Assembly (NCBI GenBank): GCA_030390025.1
Contig: CM059431.1
Location: 124,808,001-124,872,000, forward strand
DNA length: 64,000 bases
Direction: 5' to 3'
From: Squalus acanthias
Lineage: Eukaryota
Shown: positions 49,162 through 60,421 of the stretch, piece after piece
Position numbering within the stretch: the first letter of the stretch is position 1
Layout: every line of letters starts with the position of its first letter
The notes under the pieces: model-generated
What the model saw: the letters and a program-made list of their open reading frames with translations, nothing else
Told to the model about the DNA's origin: nothing
Database searches by the model: none
Made by a program: the position numbers and the translations under genes

Positions 49162-50753
49162 ACAGCAAAATACTGCGGATGCTGGAAATCCGAAATAACA
49201 ACAGAAAACACTGGAAAAACTCAGCAGGCCAGGCAGCATCCGTGGAGAGAGAAACAGAGTTAACGTTTCAGGTCGAAGACCTTTCGTCAGAACTGGAAAA
49301 AAGCAGGAAATGAAATAGATTTAAAGCAAGGATAAAGCTGGGAAAAGGGGGAGGGGATGAAAGAACAAAGGGAGAGATTAAGAGACATTGAGAGACATTA
49401 AGAGATGATCAAGGCAAGAGGAGGTGTTGATGTAACAGGTTGAGGCTAAATGAAGTGTGAAATGCACTGGCAGAATGAAGGACAGCTGCCAGCTTCTGGG
49501 AGGAAAAAAAAGGGTGGGGGCAAACAAAAGGGTGGATGAAAAAATAAAATAAAATATAAATGTGATAGGGGCTGAGGTTATGATCTAAAATTGTTGAACT
49601 CGATATTGAGTCCAGAGGGCTGTAGGGTGCCTAAACGAAAGATGAGGTGCTGTTCCTCGAGCTTACGCTGAGCTTCCGTGGAACAGTGTAATAGGCCGAG
49701 GATGGTGAGGTCAGAATGGGAGTGGAGCGGAGAATTAAAGTGACAGGCCACTGGGAGCTCGGGGTCCCCCTTACGGACTGAATGGAGGTGTTCCGCAAAG
49801 CGGTCACCCAATCTGCGTTTGGTCTCCCCAATGTAGAGGAGACCACATCGTGAGCAGCGAATACAGTATACTAAATTGCAGGAAGTACAAGTAAAACGCT
49901 TTTTCACCTGGAAGGGGTGTTTGGGGCCCTGGACAGTGGGAAGAGAGGAGGTATAAGGGCATGTGTTGCATCTCCTGCGCTTGCACGGGAAGGTGCCGGG
50001 CGAAGGGGAAGGGGTGGTTGGTAGAGGAGTGCACTAGGGTGTCGCGGAGGGAGCGGTCCCTGCGGAATGCTGAAAGGGGAGGTGAGGGGAAGATGTGTTT
50101 GGTGGTGGGATCACGCTGGAGGTGGCGGAAATGGCGGAGGATGATCCGTTGAATGTGGAGGCTGGTGGGGTGAAAGGTGAGGACAAGGGGAACTCTATCG
50201 TGGTTCCGGGAGGGAGAGGCAGGGGTGAGGGCAGAAGTGCGGGAGATAGAACGGACACGGTCGAGGGCTGTGTCAACCACAGTCGAGGGGAATCCTCAGT
50301 TGAGGAAAAAGGAAGTCATGTCGGAAGCACTGGTATGGAAGGTGGCATCGTCAGAGCAGATGCGGCGGAGACGGAGAAACTGGGAGAATGGAATAGAGTC
50401 CTTACAGGAGGCGGGGTGGGAGGAAGTGTAGTCCAGGTAGCTGTGGGAGTCAGTGGGCTTGTAGTGAATGTTAGTCAATAACCTATCCCCAGAGATGGAG
50501 ACGGAGAAGTCGAGGAAGGGAAGGGAAGAGTCGGAGATGGATCATGTGAAGCTGAGGGAAGGGTGGAAATTGGAAGCATAGTGAATAAAATGTTCTAGTT
50601 CAGGGCGAGAGCAGGAGACAGCACCGATACAGTCATCAATGTACCGGAAAAAGAGGTGAGGGAGGGGACCTGAGTAGGACTGGAACAAAGAGTGTTCTAC
50701 ATATCCCACGAAAAGGCAGGCATAGCTAGGACCCATGCGGGTACCCATAGCCA
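49162..50753 (-). mobile_element. Duplicated Penelope copy (extra frameshift near 50018; hammerhead motif at 49257-49295)
   Basis: Near-identical to 43361-44951. Confidence 0.93.
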
Positions 50754-50799
50754 TAACCTTCACTCACTCACAGGTCTTTTTTTTGCCCCTTGTAGGAGT

Positions 50800-52389
50800 A
50801 GAATGGATAGCTAGCTGGTTTCAGGGGTAAAGGGTAGCTATTCAGAGTGGCTGAAGGTGGGAAGTGGGGTCCCACAAGAACCAGTGCTGGGACCAATGCT
50901 GTTCACTATTTATATTAGCGATTTAGACTTTGGAATCTAAAACACAATTTCTAAATTTACAGATGACACTAAATTCGGAGGAATAGTTAATACTGAGGAG
51001 GGCTGCAACAAATTACAAGGCCGAGATTTTGAGGCACAGCAGGATGAGGTTGAGTGTGGGTTTGTACTAATGTTGCATGATCTACTGAGATCATTGAAAT
51101 GTTTGTGGCACTGTACCCAGGCTTGCCTCACCACATCCCTGCTTGTGTCCTCCTCTGCAATGTGCAACCAGGCTGTGTTGATCTCCTAGGGAGGTCTCTT
51201 CCACCCACGGGAAGGGAAGAGGACCTCCCTGTGTGCTGTGGGAGAGCCTGGGTGCAGCCCTGTGCCTTTATGCAGTTATTGTCAGTGTTTGCAGCACTTC
51301 AATGCTGTAGAACACTGACAGCACAAGTGTGAAAATAAAGTTGGCCATGGTCCCTTTATGGAAACCGGCAGAAAACGCGTCATCAAATTACGTCACCAGA
51401 GTCACTTCCTCTAATTGGCCGGGAAAAGCGCTGGGTGGGCTTAACAAGCCTTATCAAGAGAAATGCATTTCAGGCAGCGGGATGGAGCCAGCAGCGGGCT
51501 TGGGAGCCGGCTCCGACATCGCCCGCCACGGACCTGCCAAGGTCAGCAAAATCGCGGCCCAAGACATTAATAAACTTGCAGAATGTGCATATAATTGGCA
51601 AATGAATTTCAACACAAATAAACGTGAGGTATTACATATTGTTAAGAAAAAAAAGGAGGTTACATATTACTTGGAAAATAAGAATCTAAATGGGGTAAAA
51701 GAGCAAAGGGATCTTGGAGTACAAATATACAAATCACTAAAAGTAGCGATGCAGTTTAATATGGCCATATAAAAGGAAACCAAGTACTAGGGTTTATTTC
51801 TACAGGGATAGAATTGAAAAGTAGAGAAATTATGCTAAACTTGTATCGAACCTTGGTTAGACCACACTTGGAGTATTATGTACAATTCTGGTCACCATAT
51901 TATAAAAAGTATATAGAGGCACTGGGGTGGGTACAAAAAAGACTTACAAGGATGATACCAGAAATGCGAGGGTACACCTATCAGGAAAGGATGAATGGGC
52001 TGGATCTCTTTTCTATAGTAAAGAGAAGGCTGAGGGGGTGACCTAATAGAGGTCTTTAAAATTATGAAAGGTTTTGATAGATAAGACACACAGCGAATGT
52101 TTCCAATTGTGGGGAAGAGCAAAATTAGAGGCCATCAATATAAGATAGTCAACAAGAAATCAAATAGGGAATTCAGAAGAAACTTCTTTACCCAGAGAGT
52201 GGTGAGAATGTGGAACTCGCTACCACAGGGAGTGGTTGAAGTGAATAGTATAGATGCATTTAAGGGGAAGCTAGATGGTTATACTGATAGAGTTAGGTGA
52301 GGAAAGACGGGAGGAGGCTCGAGTGGAGCATAAACGATTGGGTCGAATGGCCTGTTTCTGTGCTGTATGTCCTATGTAATCCTATGTAA
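50800..52389 (+). mobile_element. Duplicated CR1 copy with nested MITE 51019-51559 (TSD CAA)
   Basis: Near-identical to 44998-46587. Confidence 0.9.
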
Positions 52390-53876
52390 GAGAGGGCAAA
52401 AACACAAGGGCGAGGGAGAGGACTAGAGGTGGGCACCACAAATAGTCACTAACAGATGCAGAGGAGGAGGTCCTGGAGAAAAGTAGCACATCTGTATCCC
52501 TCTCAGTCGGAGATGGAGTGACAGGGAGCTCGTAGGTAGCTGGTGCCAGAATTACAAATATATCTGACACACATATGCTGACTTTATTTCATCAATGACT
52601 GGACAATGAGAAGACTGAGTATGGTGAGTGTCAAGATTGTGACTTTGCCACGACTAAATCTTATCCCTTTCTTTTGACTTCCAGGACCTTCATACATACA
52701 GCAAGTGTCACAGGATATCCATGAGGTTGATTCCTCAGAGGACCTTACTCCTTCTGAGAGTGAACCATCACAGGATGTACAGCCATGCACCAGCGCAAAT
52801 ACTCGCACTTCTATGGCGAGTATTTGCGCTTGGGGGGGGGGGGGCGCAATCCACTCGAAGCTCTGTGCAGCTGGACATAGATGCTGAACCCCGGGGGCTA
52901 TCGTTGAGAAGGAGAATGCTAGAAGTGCATCAGCAACTTAGTGAGGTACTAACAGACATGCCACACAAACTCTCCACAATAGCAGGGAGGCTGAAAGGGT
53001 CCAACTCAATTGCTTGTGGATTGGTGACGCAGGGAATTGCGACACTATCTGCCATGGAGTGAGTGGCCGCCTCCATGGAGCTTCAAGCATGGCTCTCAAA
53101 TGAGTCCATGCAGGCTATGTCCACGGCCATGCAGAAGATGTCTACTGCCTTAAACAGGATGATAGACACCGTATCAGTGGCCTTACAATGTGCCACTGAG
53201 CTCCACCAAGCTGGTCTGCAGCAGAGTGGTAGGAGTAATGTGGCGTTGGCCCAGGAGAGGGACGATGGCAAAAGGGGACACGGAAGTGGGAATTCCACTC
53301 AAAGTGCTCCCACTTCCCACCCGTTGTCCCCCCACCCCCCAGCCATTACCCAACATGCTGCCTCGTCTCCCCATGGACGAATCTGCCCCAGCACAGGTGA
53401 ATGTGGATCAGTCTTTAGCAGGGCCCTAAGGGGTTCCAAAACCAGGAGAGCATAGGCCAAAAGCATCTCAGCAGTCAAGGCAGGATCTGAGCAGCCTGCC
53501 TTACCTCTGCTGAAGCCACACGGGATGCACCATGCAGAAACAATAGGAAGCATAAGGTCAAGAAATTGTAATTCACCAAGGGTATGCACATGTGTTTAAC
53601 AAATGTTATATTGTTAAGTTTCCTTTTTTTTATGATGGCAGATAAAATATATTGATTAGCAACATTTCCATGTCTTGCCTATTATTGCATCCCGAGTGTC
53701 AACTTACCCTTTAACTTGCTTCATGATGAATGTCAATATATGACAGGACCCATTGGGCGGATGTGCAATGGGCGGATGAGTGGTTCAAGGACTGTTTTAT
53801 CTAAAGGGAGGGGTGGGGGGCGGGGTGGTCCTGGTGGTAGGAGTGGATCGCAGGATTCCATTTCTTATGTTTCACA

Positions 53877-54755
53877 CTAGGTGTACCTTCGCAATATATG
53901 GGCAACCCTGGCATCCCGGGCAGCAATATAAGGGGTTGGTCTGGCAAAGGATGCCCCACCTTCTTCCTCCTCCTCCTCATCCTCATCAATGTTCTTCTCA
54001 TCCAAAGATGACTGATGAGCACCTTCGTCCTCCTCCACCTGAAATCCTCTCTGCTGTGCAAGGTCTTCCTCCAGGATGCTGCAGATACCTGCCACCACCT
54101 GATGTGACAGCCTCAGCCTGTGGAAGCACTGCTCTTCCGAGAGGTCAAGGAAGCTGAACCTCTGTCTGTAAACCCTGTGACATGGGTAGTGCCTCCTGCG
54201 ACCTTGGACCCTCTCCTGTCCACCTCTCTCCTGTGCACCTCTCTCCTGTGCACCTCCTCCTGTGCACCTCACTCTTGTGCACCTCACTCCTGTGCACCTC
54301 CTTCCTGTGCACCTCACTCTTGTGCACCTCCCTCCTGTGCACCTCACTCTTGTGCACCTCTCTCCTGTGCACCTCCCTCCTGTGCACCTCACTCTTGTGC
54401 ACCTCTCTCCTGTGCACCTCTCTCCTGTGCACCTCCTTCCTGTGCACCTCACTCTTGTGCACCTCTCTCCTGTGCACCTCTCTCCTGTGCACCTCTTCCT
54501 GTGCACCTCACTCTTGTGCACGTGTTGATCCCACCACAGCACCTCGTTACTGCTGTGGATGGTGATGGTCTTCCTCTTCTGACGTGCTGTCAAACACATC
54601 CAACCCGCCTCCCATCCAGATCTTGTCAGTTTGAAAGCCTGCAAGCACTCTCTGCCAGACATTTGCCAAAGGGAGCTGAGACACCAGCTTTTATTCAGAT
54701 GAGACAATAACAAGTTTAAATACCCACCCGAAATGCTGCTCAAACTCACCTCCAT
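53877..54755 (-). pseudogene. Harbinger transposase with an in-frame deletion of the DDE core and a minisatellite-expanded N-terminus
   Basis: [32 protein letters not shown]...ICSILEEDL joins directly to AQQRG...EDEEEEEE...ARDAR..ILRRY*; no DCTH, GDKGY or IEQ motifs. Confidence 0.8.
54211..54521. repeat. 15-bp minisatellite TGTGCACCTC(T/A/C)CTC(C/T), ~21 units
   Basis: Read directly; two 14-bp variant units; partial 4-unit higher-order pattern. Confidence 0.97.
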
Positions 54756-55033
54756 TTCCCTGGTCAGTTTCCCAAGCCCGTGCTGCTCAAATTAAAGTTA
54801 AGTTAAGTTAAAAGTAAATTTCAAAGACCGGATTAATGTCTCCTAAGGACGTTACCAATAACTACCCACCCGCCTGCAATAATTAGGTCCCCGGTTTCGT
54901 CCGTTTCTCACTGGCATCCAAGCCCGCCTCCGTTAAACCCAGAAGTGGCCACGTTGGAGCTGGGTTGCACTCACGCTCTACAAAATAATAATTTTTTACC
55001 TCCCACCCATTCTTGAGGGTTAAAATTTCCCCC

Positions 55034-55140
55034 GTTTACTCTGTTTTTCTCTCCACAGATGCTACCTGACCTGATGAGTGTTTCCTGCATTTTCTGTTTT
55101 TATTTTGGATTTCCCAGCATCCGCAGTATTTTGCTTTTGA
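55034..55140 (+). mobile_element. Penelope pLTR 3' half (5' half at ~42588-42613)
   Basis: GTTTACTCTGTTTTTCTCTCCACAGATGCT...CCAGCATCCGCAGTATTTTGCT. Confidence 0.8.
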
Positions 55141-55605
55141 TTGACAACAATCATGTGGTTGCCTGTTTGCCATATGGTTAATTGTGAACAATATGGAATT
55201 TAGACATTCTTAGAAATTACGTAAAATTGATCAAGAACTTTTCAGGAGAATCTTTTTGGATCGTTGCCTGCTTAACCATGGCAACACAATAACATTTTAG
55301 GTGGTAAGAGCTTTCTCGACAATATAACCACAATTCTGCATCATCTGATAGGAGTTTATCACAACGGTAATTGCCACTCAATCTAATTAAGCCAATCATT
55401 CTGGGTGGATCACATTTAGTCTGCCATTTGTTAGGTTGGTGAAATGAGATTTCAGAATACCAGGGATGTATTAACAGATAAATGTTGTCTTCAGTTTGAA
55501 CCATGCCACAGCCTATGGCTGTAAACTTTTCAGCGCCTATTAATGTTTATGTTACCCGGTTCCAAGGTAAGTGCAGGAGATTACAGTGGCATTGTTCAAG
55601 ACAAC

Positions 55606-55969
55606 CGCCTCAATATTAGCACCCCCATGACAGGTGGGAGAGAATTAGAGGGAAGGGGGAGATGTTAAAAAGTGAAATATTCGCATTTCACATATTTTAA
55701 TCGGGCTCCCACAGTGCAATTGGCAGCCCGATTTAAAATTTACTGTTGCTGCATGGGTTTCCCGGGGGGTCGGGCAACTCAGCGACGAAAGGGAGGTGGA
55801 GCTGCTGGCTCTACAAGAAAAGTGCCTCTTTCTGCACTGCTTGTGGGCCAGGAAGGGCAGGTCCTGCTGTTAAGATCAGCAGGGATTCTGCAACCCCGGC
55901 CTTGCTGGGTGCTTCGGCCATATACGACTTGGCCTGCACCCTCGCTGCCTCCCCGTAAATATCAGGGCC
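55606..55969. mobile_element. Harbinger-type MITE, same family as 56597-57348, inverted
   Basis: CCTCAATATTA start, AATATCAGGGCC end; shared GCTCCCACAGTGCAATTGG block. Confidence 0.6.
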
Positions 55970-56596
55970 ACTATGTCCATCTCATTGAGAAGGTGACAAA
56001 TGCAGTGTTCCAGAGGACTGGCACCTTATTCATTCTCTGGTAGTCCACAGAAACACCTGGCAACCATTTTGTTTCTACTGCAGGTTTTCCCAAGGTGTTG
56101 GATGGATGACATTCACTCCGAAAATTGCAGACAGTCAATCAACGTGAAGGTTTACATCAAATAGAAGTGCTCAGATTCTTCAACACCTGATTAATCTAAC
56201 TTCATCTGAGAGCTTGTGATGCTGCATATGCTAAATAGGTGTTAAGTAGCTGTAAATTGATGAATTTGCATTAAAGTATATGCTCCAAACATTAGCATGG
56301 TGTGTAAAATATTGTAATGCACAAAACAGGCACTACTGCTGTTTTTTTCCATGTTAACTGGTTGTTATACAGGAATTAAAAAGAAATGTGCAAATTTCTT
56401 ACAATATGCTAATTGTTCTCCCAGGAATCAAAGTGGCTGAGCGAATAGGCAATGTTCACGTGGTTATTTGAGCTGCTCAGAGCATTTGGTTATTAGCAAC
56501 AGAAGACTTTAAGTGGCATGTGTGAAGCACTAAGTCAGTTGCCATGATCTCAATGAAGAGTAGTAGTTGAGGAGACTGTGGCTCAGCAAAGATGTA

Positions 56597-57348
56597 GGCC
56601 GCAATATTTGCGGAGAGGTGGGCAGGGGCCGGGGGAAGGTGGAAAACAGCAGAAGAACCCGGCAAGGCCAGGGATGCCGAGGTCATGCTGCACTTAACGG
56701 CAGGACCTCATTAACATTTATTTCTTCCATTTCCCGCCCAGCAGCTGACCAAATTGACAACCTGGCCAGCTGCTAGGTTGAATAACCAGCAGCAGAGGGC
56801 CGCAGCCGAGGACCCTTGGCAACGGTCCACGGCAATTGCGAGGGAGGAACATCGACATTCGGGGCTTGGGGGAGGGTGGGAGGGAAGGCCATGATTGGGG
56901 CTTGGTGAGAGAGGCCATCGAGGCGAGGGGGAGGGTGGCGATCATGGCAGCGGGGAGAGAGAGAAGGCCACGATCAGCAGAGAGGAAACTGAAGGCTTCC
57001 TTGAGGAGCCGGGGGGAGCACTCCTTCTCCTCCTGGACCACAAGGAATGCTGGAAAAGGCATTTATCTTGTGGAGCCGGCAGCTCCCACCACCCTTTCAC
57101 TGCCGGGTTTCTCAACGCCTGGGAAAACTGCAAAATTTACCCAATTGCACTGTGGGAGCACGATTTAAATATGTTAATGAATTGTCATGCCTCTCGATAG
57201 CAGGGCACTCAGATGCCTCAAAACCCACCACTGTAAAAATAGCAATGGGTGCATATGCGGAGGGTTGGGATCATGTTCCCTGTTTTTTCATTTTTAACCC
57301 ACCCCTTGACCCTCTCCTGTCCGCTGTGGGGGGGTTAATATCGAGGAC
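56597..57348. mobile_element. Harbinger-type MITE, TSD GTA
   Basis: GTA|GGCCGCAATATT ... AATATCGAGGAC|GTA. Confidence 0.75.
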
Positions 57349-57611
57349 GTAATCTCTGACCTCAGCCTGTCCATGCAATCAAGAGTCAACGTCCAAATCA
57401 TTCTCTCAGTGGTAAATTTTACATTAAGCATTTGTGTAACTGGATCCTAACAGGTACCAGTTAGAGACATCACACGGATCAATCAGTATTCATTTTGAGG
57501 TAGGTTGGCAAGCAAAGTTTCAAGAGACCTTTCAGGAATCTCAGCTCCTGCCCAGCATCAATAAGTCGTCCTTGAGAACTTTTGCTACATTATTCTTTTC
57601 CAACATGAAGA

Positions 57612-57905
57612 CAGGGGCTGATTAATGCCTGGGCCTACAGAGCCTGTGCCCAGGGGCCCAAGCCAAATGTGGTCACCAGTACACAAAAACATTGCAGGCA
57701 ACATCAGTTTCATTTAAGCAGAATATATTGTGATATAATTTGATTTATTATTAATTCAGTATGTCAATAACCTAAAAGTGTATTTCTCCATGCATTTTAT
57801 TACATGTTTCTGTTTTAATGGATTGAGGGGGGTTGTGTGGAGGGTGCGTTGGGGCCCTGAATGTTCTTGGTGCCTGGGGCCCCAAGAATTCTTGATCCAA
57901 CTCTG
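57612..57905. mobile_element. hAT-type MITE
   Basis: CAGGGGCTGATT ... ATCCAACTCTG ends; imperfect 8-bp TSD CATGAAGA / CCTGCAGA; subterminal GGGGCCC motifs. Confidence 0.6.
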
Positions 57906-58094
57906 CCTGCAGAAGCATAATATTGGTAATGATGTTCCCTTTCAGCATAACAGTGCCACGTAATAGCAGTTTGATGAATTCCAATTTTTCCAGATGTGTG
58001 GCATTTTCCCTAGTACAAGACTGAATACTCAGCTCACCTTTCATGCACTATATTACAATAACCTACCTTTTGCAATAAAAAGGTTTTTGTTTAC

Positions 58095-59420
58095 CTGACA
58101 TACTTGGAGAGGCAAGGATTAATCAAGAATAGTCAGCATGGCTTTGTCAGGGGGAGATCATGTCGACCCAATTTGATTGAATTTTTCGAGGGGGCGACTA
58201 GGTGTGTGGATGAGGGTAGTGCATTTGATGTAGTCTACATGGACTTCAGTAAGGCTTTTTGACAAAGGCCCCGCATGGGAGACTGGTCAAGAAGGTAAGA
58301 GCCCATGGGATCCAGGGCAATTTGGCACATTGGATCCAAAATTAGCTTAGTGGCAGGAGGCAGAGGGTGATGGTCGAAGGTTGTTTTTGTGGCTGGAAGC
58401 CTGTGTCCAGTGGTGTACCGCAGGGATCGGTGCTGGGTCCCTTGCTGTTTGTAGTGTACATTAATGATTTAGATATGAATGTAGGAGGTATAATCAGTAA
58501 GTTTGCAGATGACACGAAAATTGGTGGAGTGGTAAATAGCGAGGAGGGAAGCCTCAGGCTACAGGACGATATAGACGGGTTGGTCAGATGGGCAGAACAT
58601 TGGCAAATGGAATTTAACCCTGAAAAGTGTGAGGTGATGCATTTTGGGAGGACTAACAGGGCAAGGGAATACACAATGAATGGTCGGACCCTAGGAAGGA
58701 CAGTGGATCAGAGGGACCTTGGTGTGCATGTACATAGATCCCTGAAGGCAGCAGGACAGGTAGATAAGGTGGTTCAGAAGGCATATGGGATACTTGCCTT
58801 CATTAGCCGAGGCATAGAATATAAGAGCAGGGAGGTTATGATGGAGCTGTACAAAACGCTAGTTCGGCCACAGCTGGAATACTGTGAGCAGTTCTGGTTG
58901 CAACACTATAAGAAGGATGTGATTGCATTAGAGAGGGTGCAGAGGAGATTCACCAGGATGCTACCTGGGCTGGAGCGTATCAGCTATGAAGAGAGACTGG
59001 ACAGGCTGGGGTTGTTTTCCTCAGAGCAGAGAAGGCTGAGGGGGACATGATTGAGGTGTACAAAATTATGAGGGCATAGATAGGGTAGATAGAAAGGAAC
59101 TTTTCCCCTTAGTAGAGGGTTCAATAACCAGGGGGCATAGTTTCAAGGTAAGGGGCAGGAGGTTTAGAGGAGATTTGAGGAAAAACCTTTTCACCCAGAG
59201 GGTGGTTGGAATCTGGAACTCACTGCCTGAAAGCGTGGTAGAGGCAGGAACCCTCACAACATTCAAGAAGCATTTAGATGAGCACTTGAAACGCCATAGC
59301 ATACAAGGCTACGGACCAAGTGCTGGAAAATGGGATTAGAATAGATAGGGCTTGATGGCCGGCGCGGACACGATGGGCCAAAGGGCCTCTTTCTGTGCTG
59401 TACAACTCTATGCCTCTATA
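58095..59420 (+). mobile_element. CR1 LINE RT and 3' end, relatively young
   Basis: ORF 58367..59050 (SGVPQGSVLGP, KFADDTKIGG, LVRPQLEYC); tail CTCTATGCCTCTAT. Confidence 0.93.
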
Positions 59421-60065
59421 AAGATGGTAAACAACTATGCACAGAAAATTATACAACAAACTGATTGTTTTCTGGGCAGCATTCACAGCGCACTTAAGTT
59501 GATGGAATCAAGGGTTCCATAACTGTTTGAAAGGGAAAACAAGGCTCATAGGAGATATGACTGCCTGATCGGATCAGCTGACACCTTTGAAGAACCCCTC
59601 TATCTCTCAGGAATGGCCCAATAACAAGGCATATAATAGGAACATAGGAACAGGAGTGGTCCATTCTATTCGATCATGGCTGATCTGTACCTCAATTCCA
59701 TTTACCTGCCTTTACTCGATATCCCTTGCTACCCATACCTAACAAAAATCTGTTGAACTTAGTCTTGAAAATTTCAGTTGACGCAGAGGAAGAACCATAA
59801 TAGAGTGTATTTTAGACTACTAAATCAACATTCCAATGTTTGAATTACTGCGAGGTGCTTAGCACCATTATTCTGCCAACTCCAGATTAAGTTGGCAGAA
59901 TAATAAAGGTATGTCGCATGCTGCACAATATTGACATTGAAATGTATAAAAATATGCTTGGCAAAGATGCACAGCAGATGGCAAGACAGGGCTTAGGAAG
60001 AGGGCAAGGATAAATTTGACGTTTGCTGATGGAACAGGAGGGTCAATTTTCCTTCCCTGTTGGCT

Positions 60066-60421
60066 TCCTATCTCTGTAATCTCCTCCAGCTTCACAACCT
60101 TCTGAGATCTCTGCGCTCCTCTAATTCTGGCCTGTTGAGCATCCCCAATTTCAATTGCTCCACCATTGGTGGCCGTGCCTTCAGCTGCCAAGGCCCTAAG
60201 CTATGGAATTCCTTGCCTTAACCTCTCCGCCTCTCTTCCTCTCTTTCCTCCTTTAAGACGCTCCTTAAAACCTACCTCTTTGACCAAGCTTTTGGTCATC
60301 TGCCCTAATATCTCCTTATGTGGCTCGGTGTCAAATTTGGCTTTATAATGCTCCTGTCAAGCGCCTTGGGACGTTTTACTACGTTAAAGGCACTATATAA
60401 ATACAAATTGTTGTTGTTGTT
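60066..60421 (+). mobile_element. L2 LINE 3' fragment
   Basis: Reverse complement of the 31577-31980 family; (TTG)n tail. Confidence 0.8.

Larger units (their letters stand above)
42454..54059 (+). repeat. Tandem duplication: units 42454-48252 and 48264-54059 (~5.8 kb each, near-identical)
   Basis: Both units begin CAAAATTCCGGCCCTTGTGTG and end CCTCTCTGCTGTGC; 11-nt junction TGTGATGGCCA; ORF set duplicated. Confidence 0.97.
42614..55033. mobile_element. Large Harbinger element (Myb gene +, transposase -) carrying nested insertions and the duplication
   Basis: Ends CGCCCGGATATTAA / TTAAAATTTCCCCC, flanks GCT/GTT; splits a Penelope pLTR (…CCTGAAAC | GTTTACTCTG…). Confidence 0.75.

Noticed and set aside
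54211..54521. CRISPR-like array or Cys/His-rich repeat proteins (CAPHS, CTSLL, HRREV)
   Set aside because: Head-to-tail 15-mers without unique spacers; the ORFs in several frames are just translations of a stop-free minisatellite
55221..55536. ~105-codon minus-strand open frame ending at a GT donor
   Set aside because: Poor acceptor with no pyrimidine tract, no recognisable domain and no partner exons; BLASTP or RNA-seq would be needed
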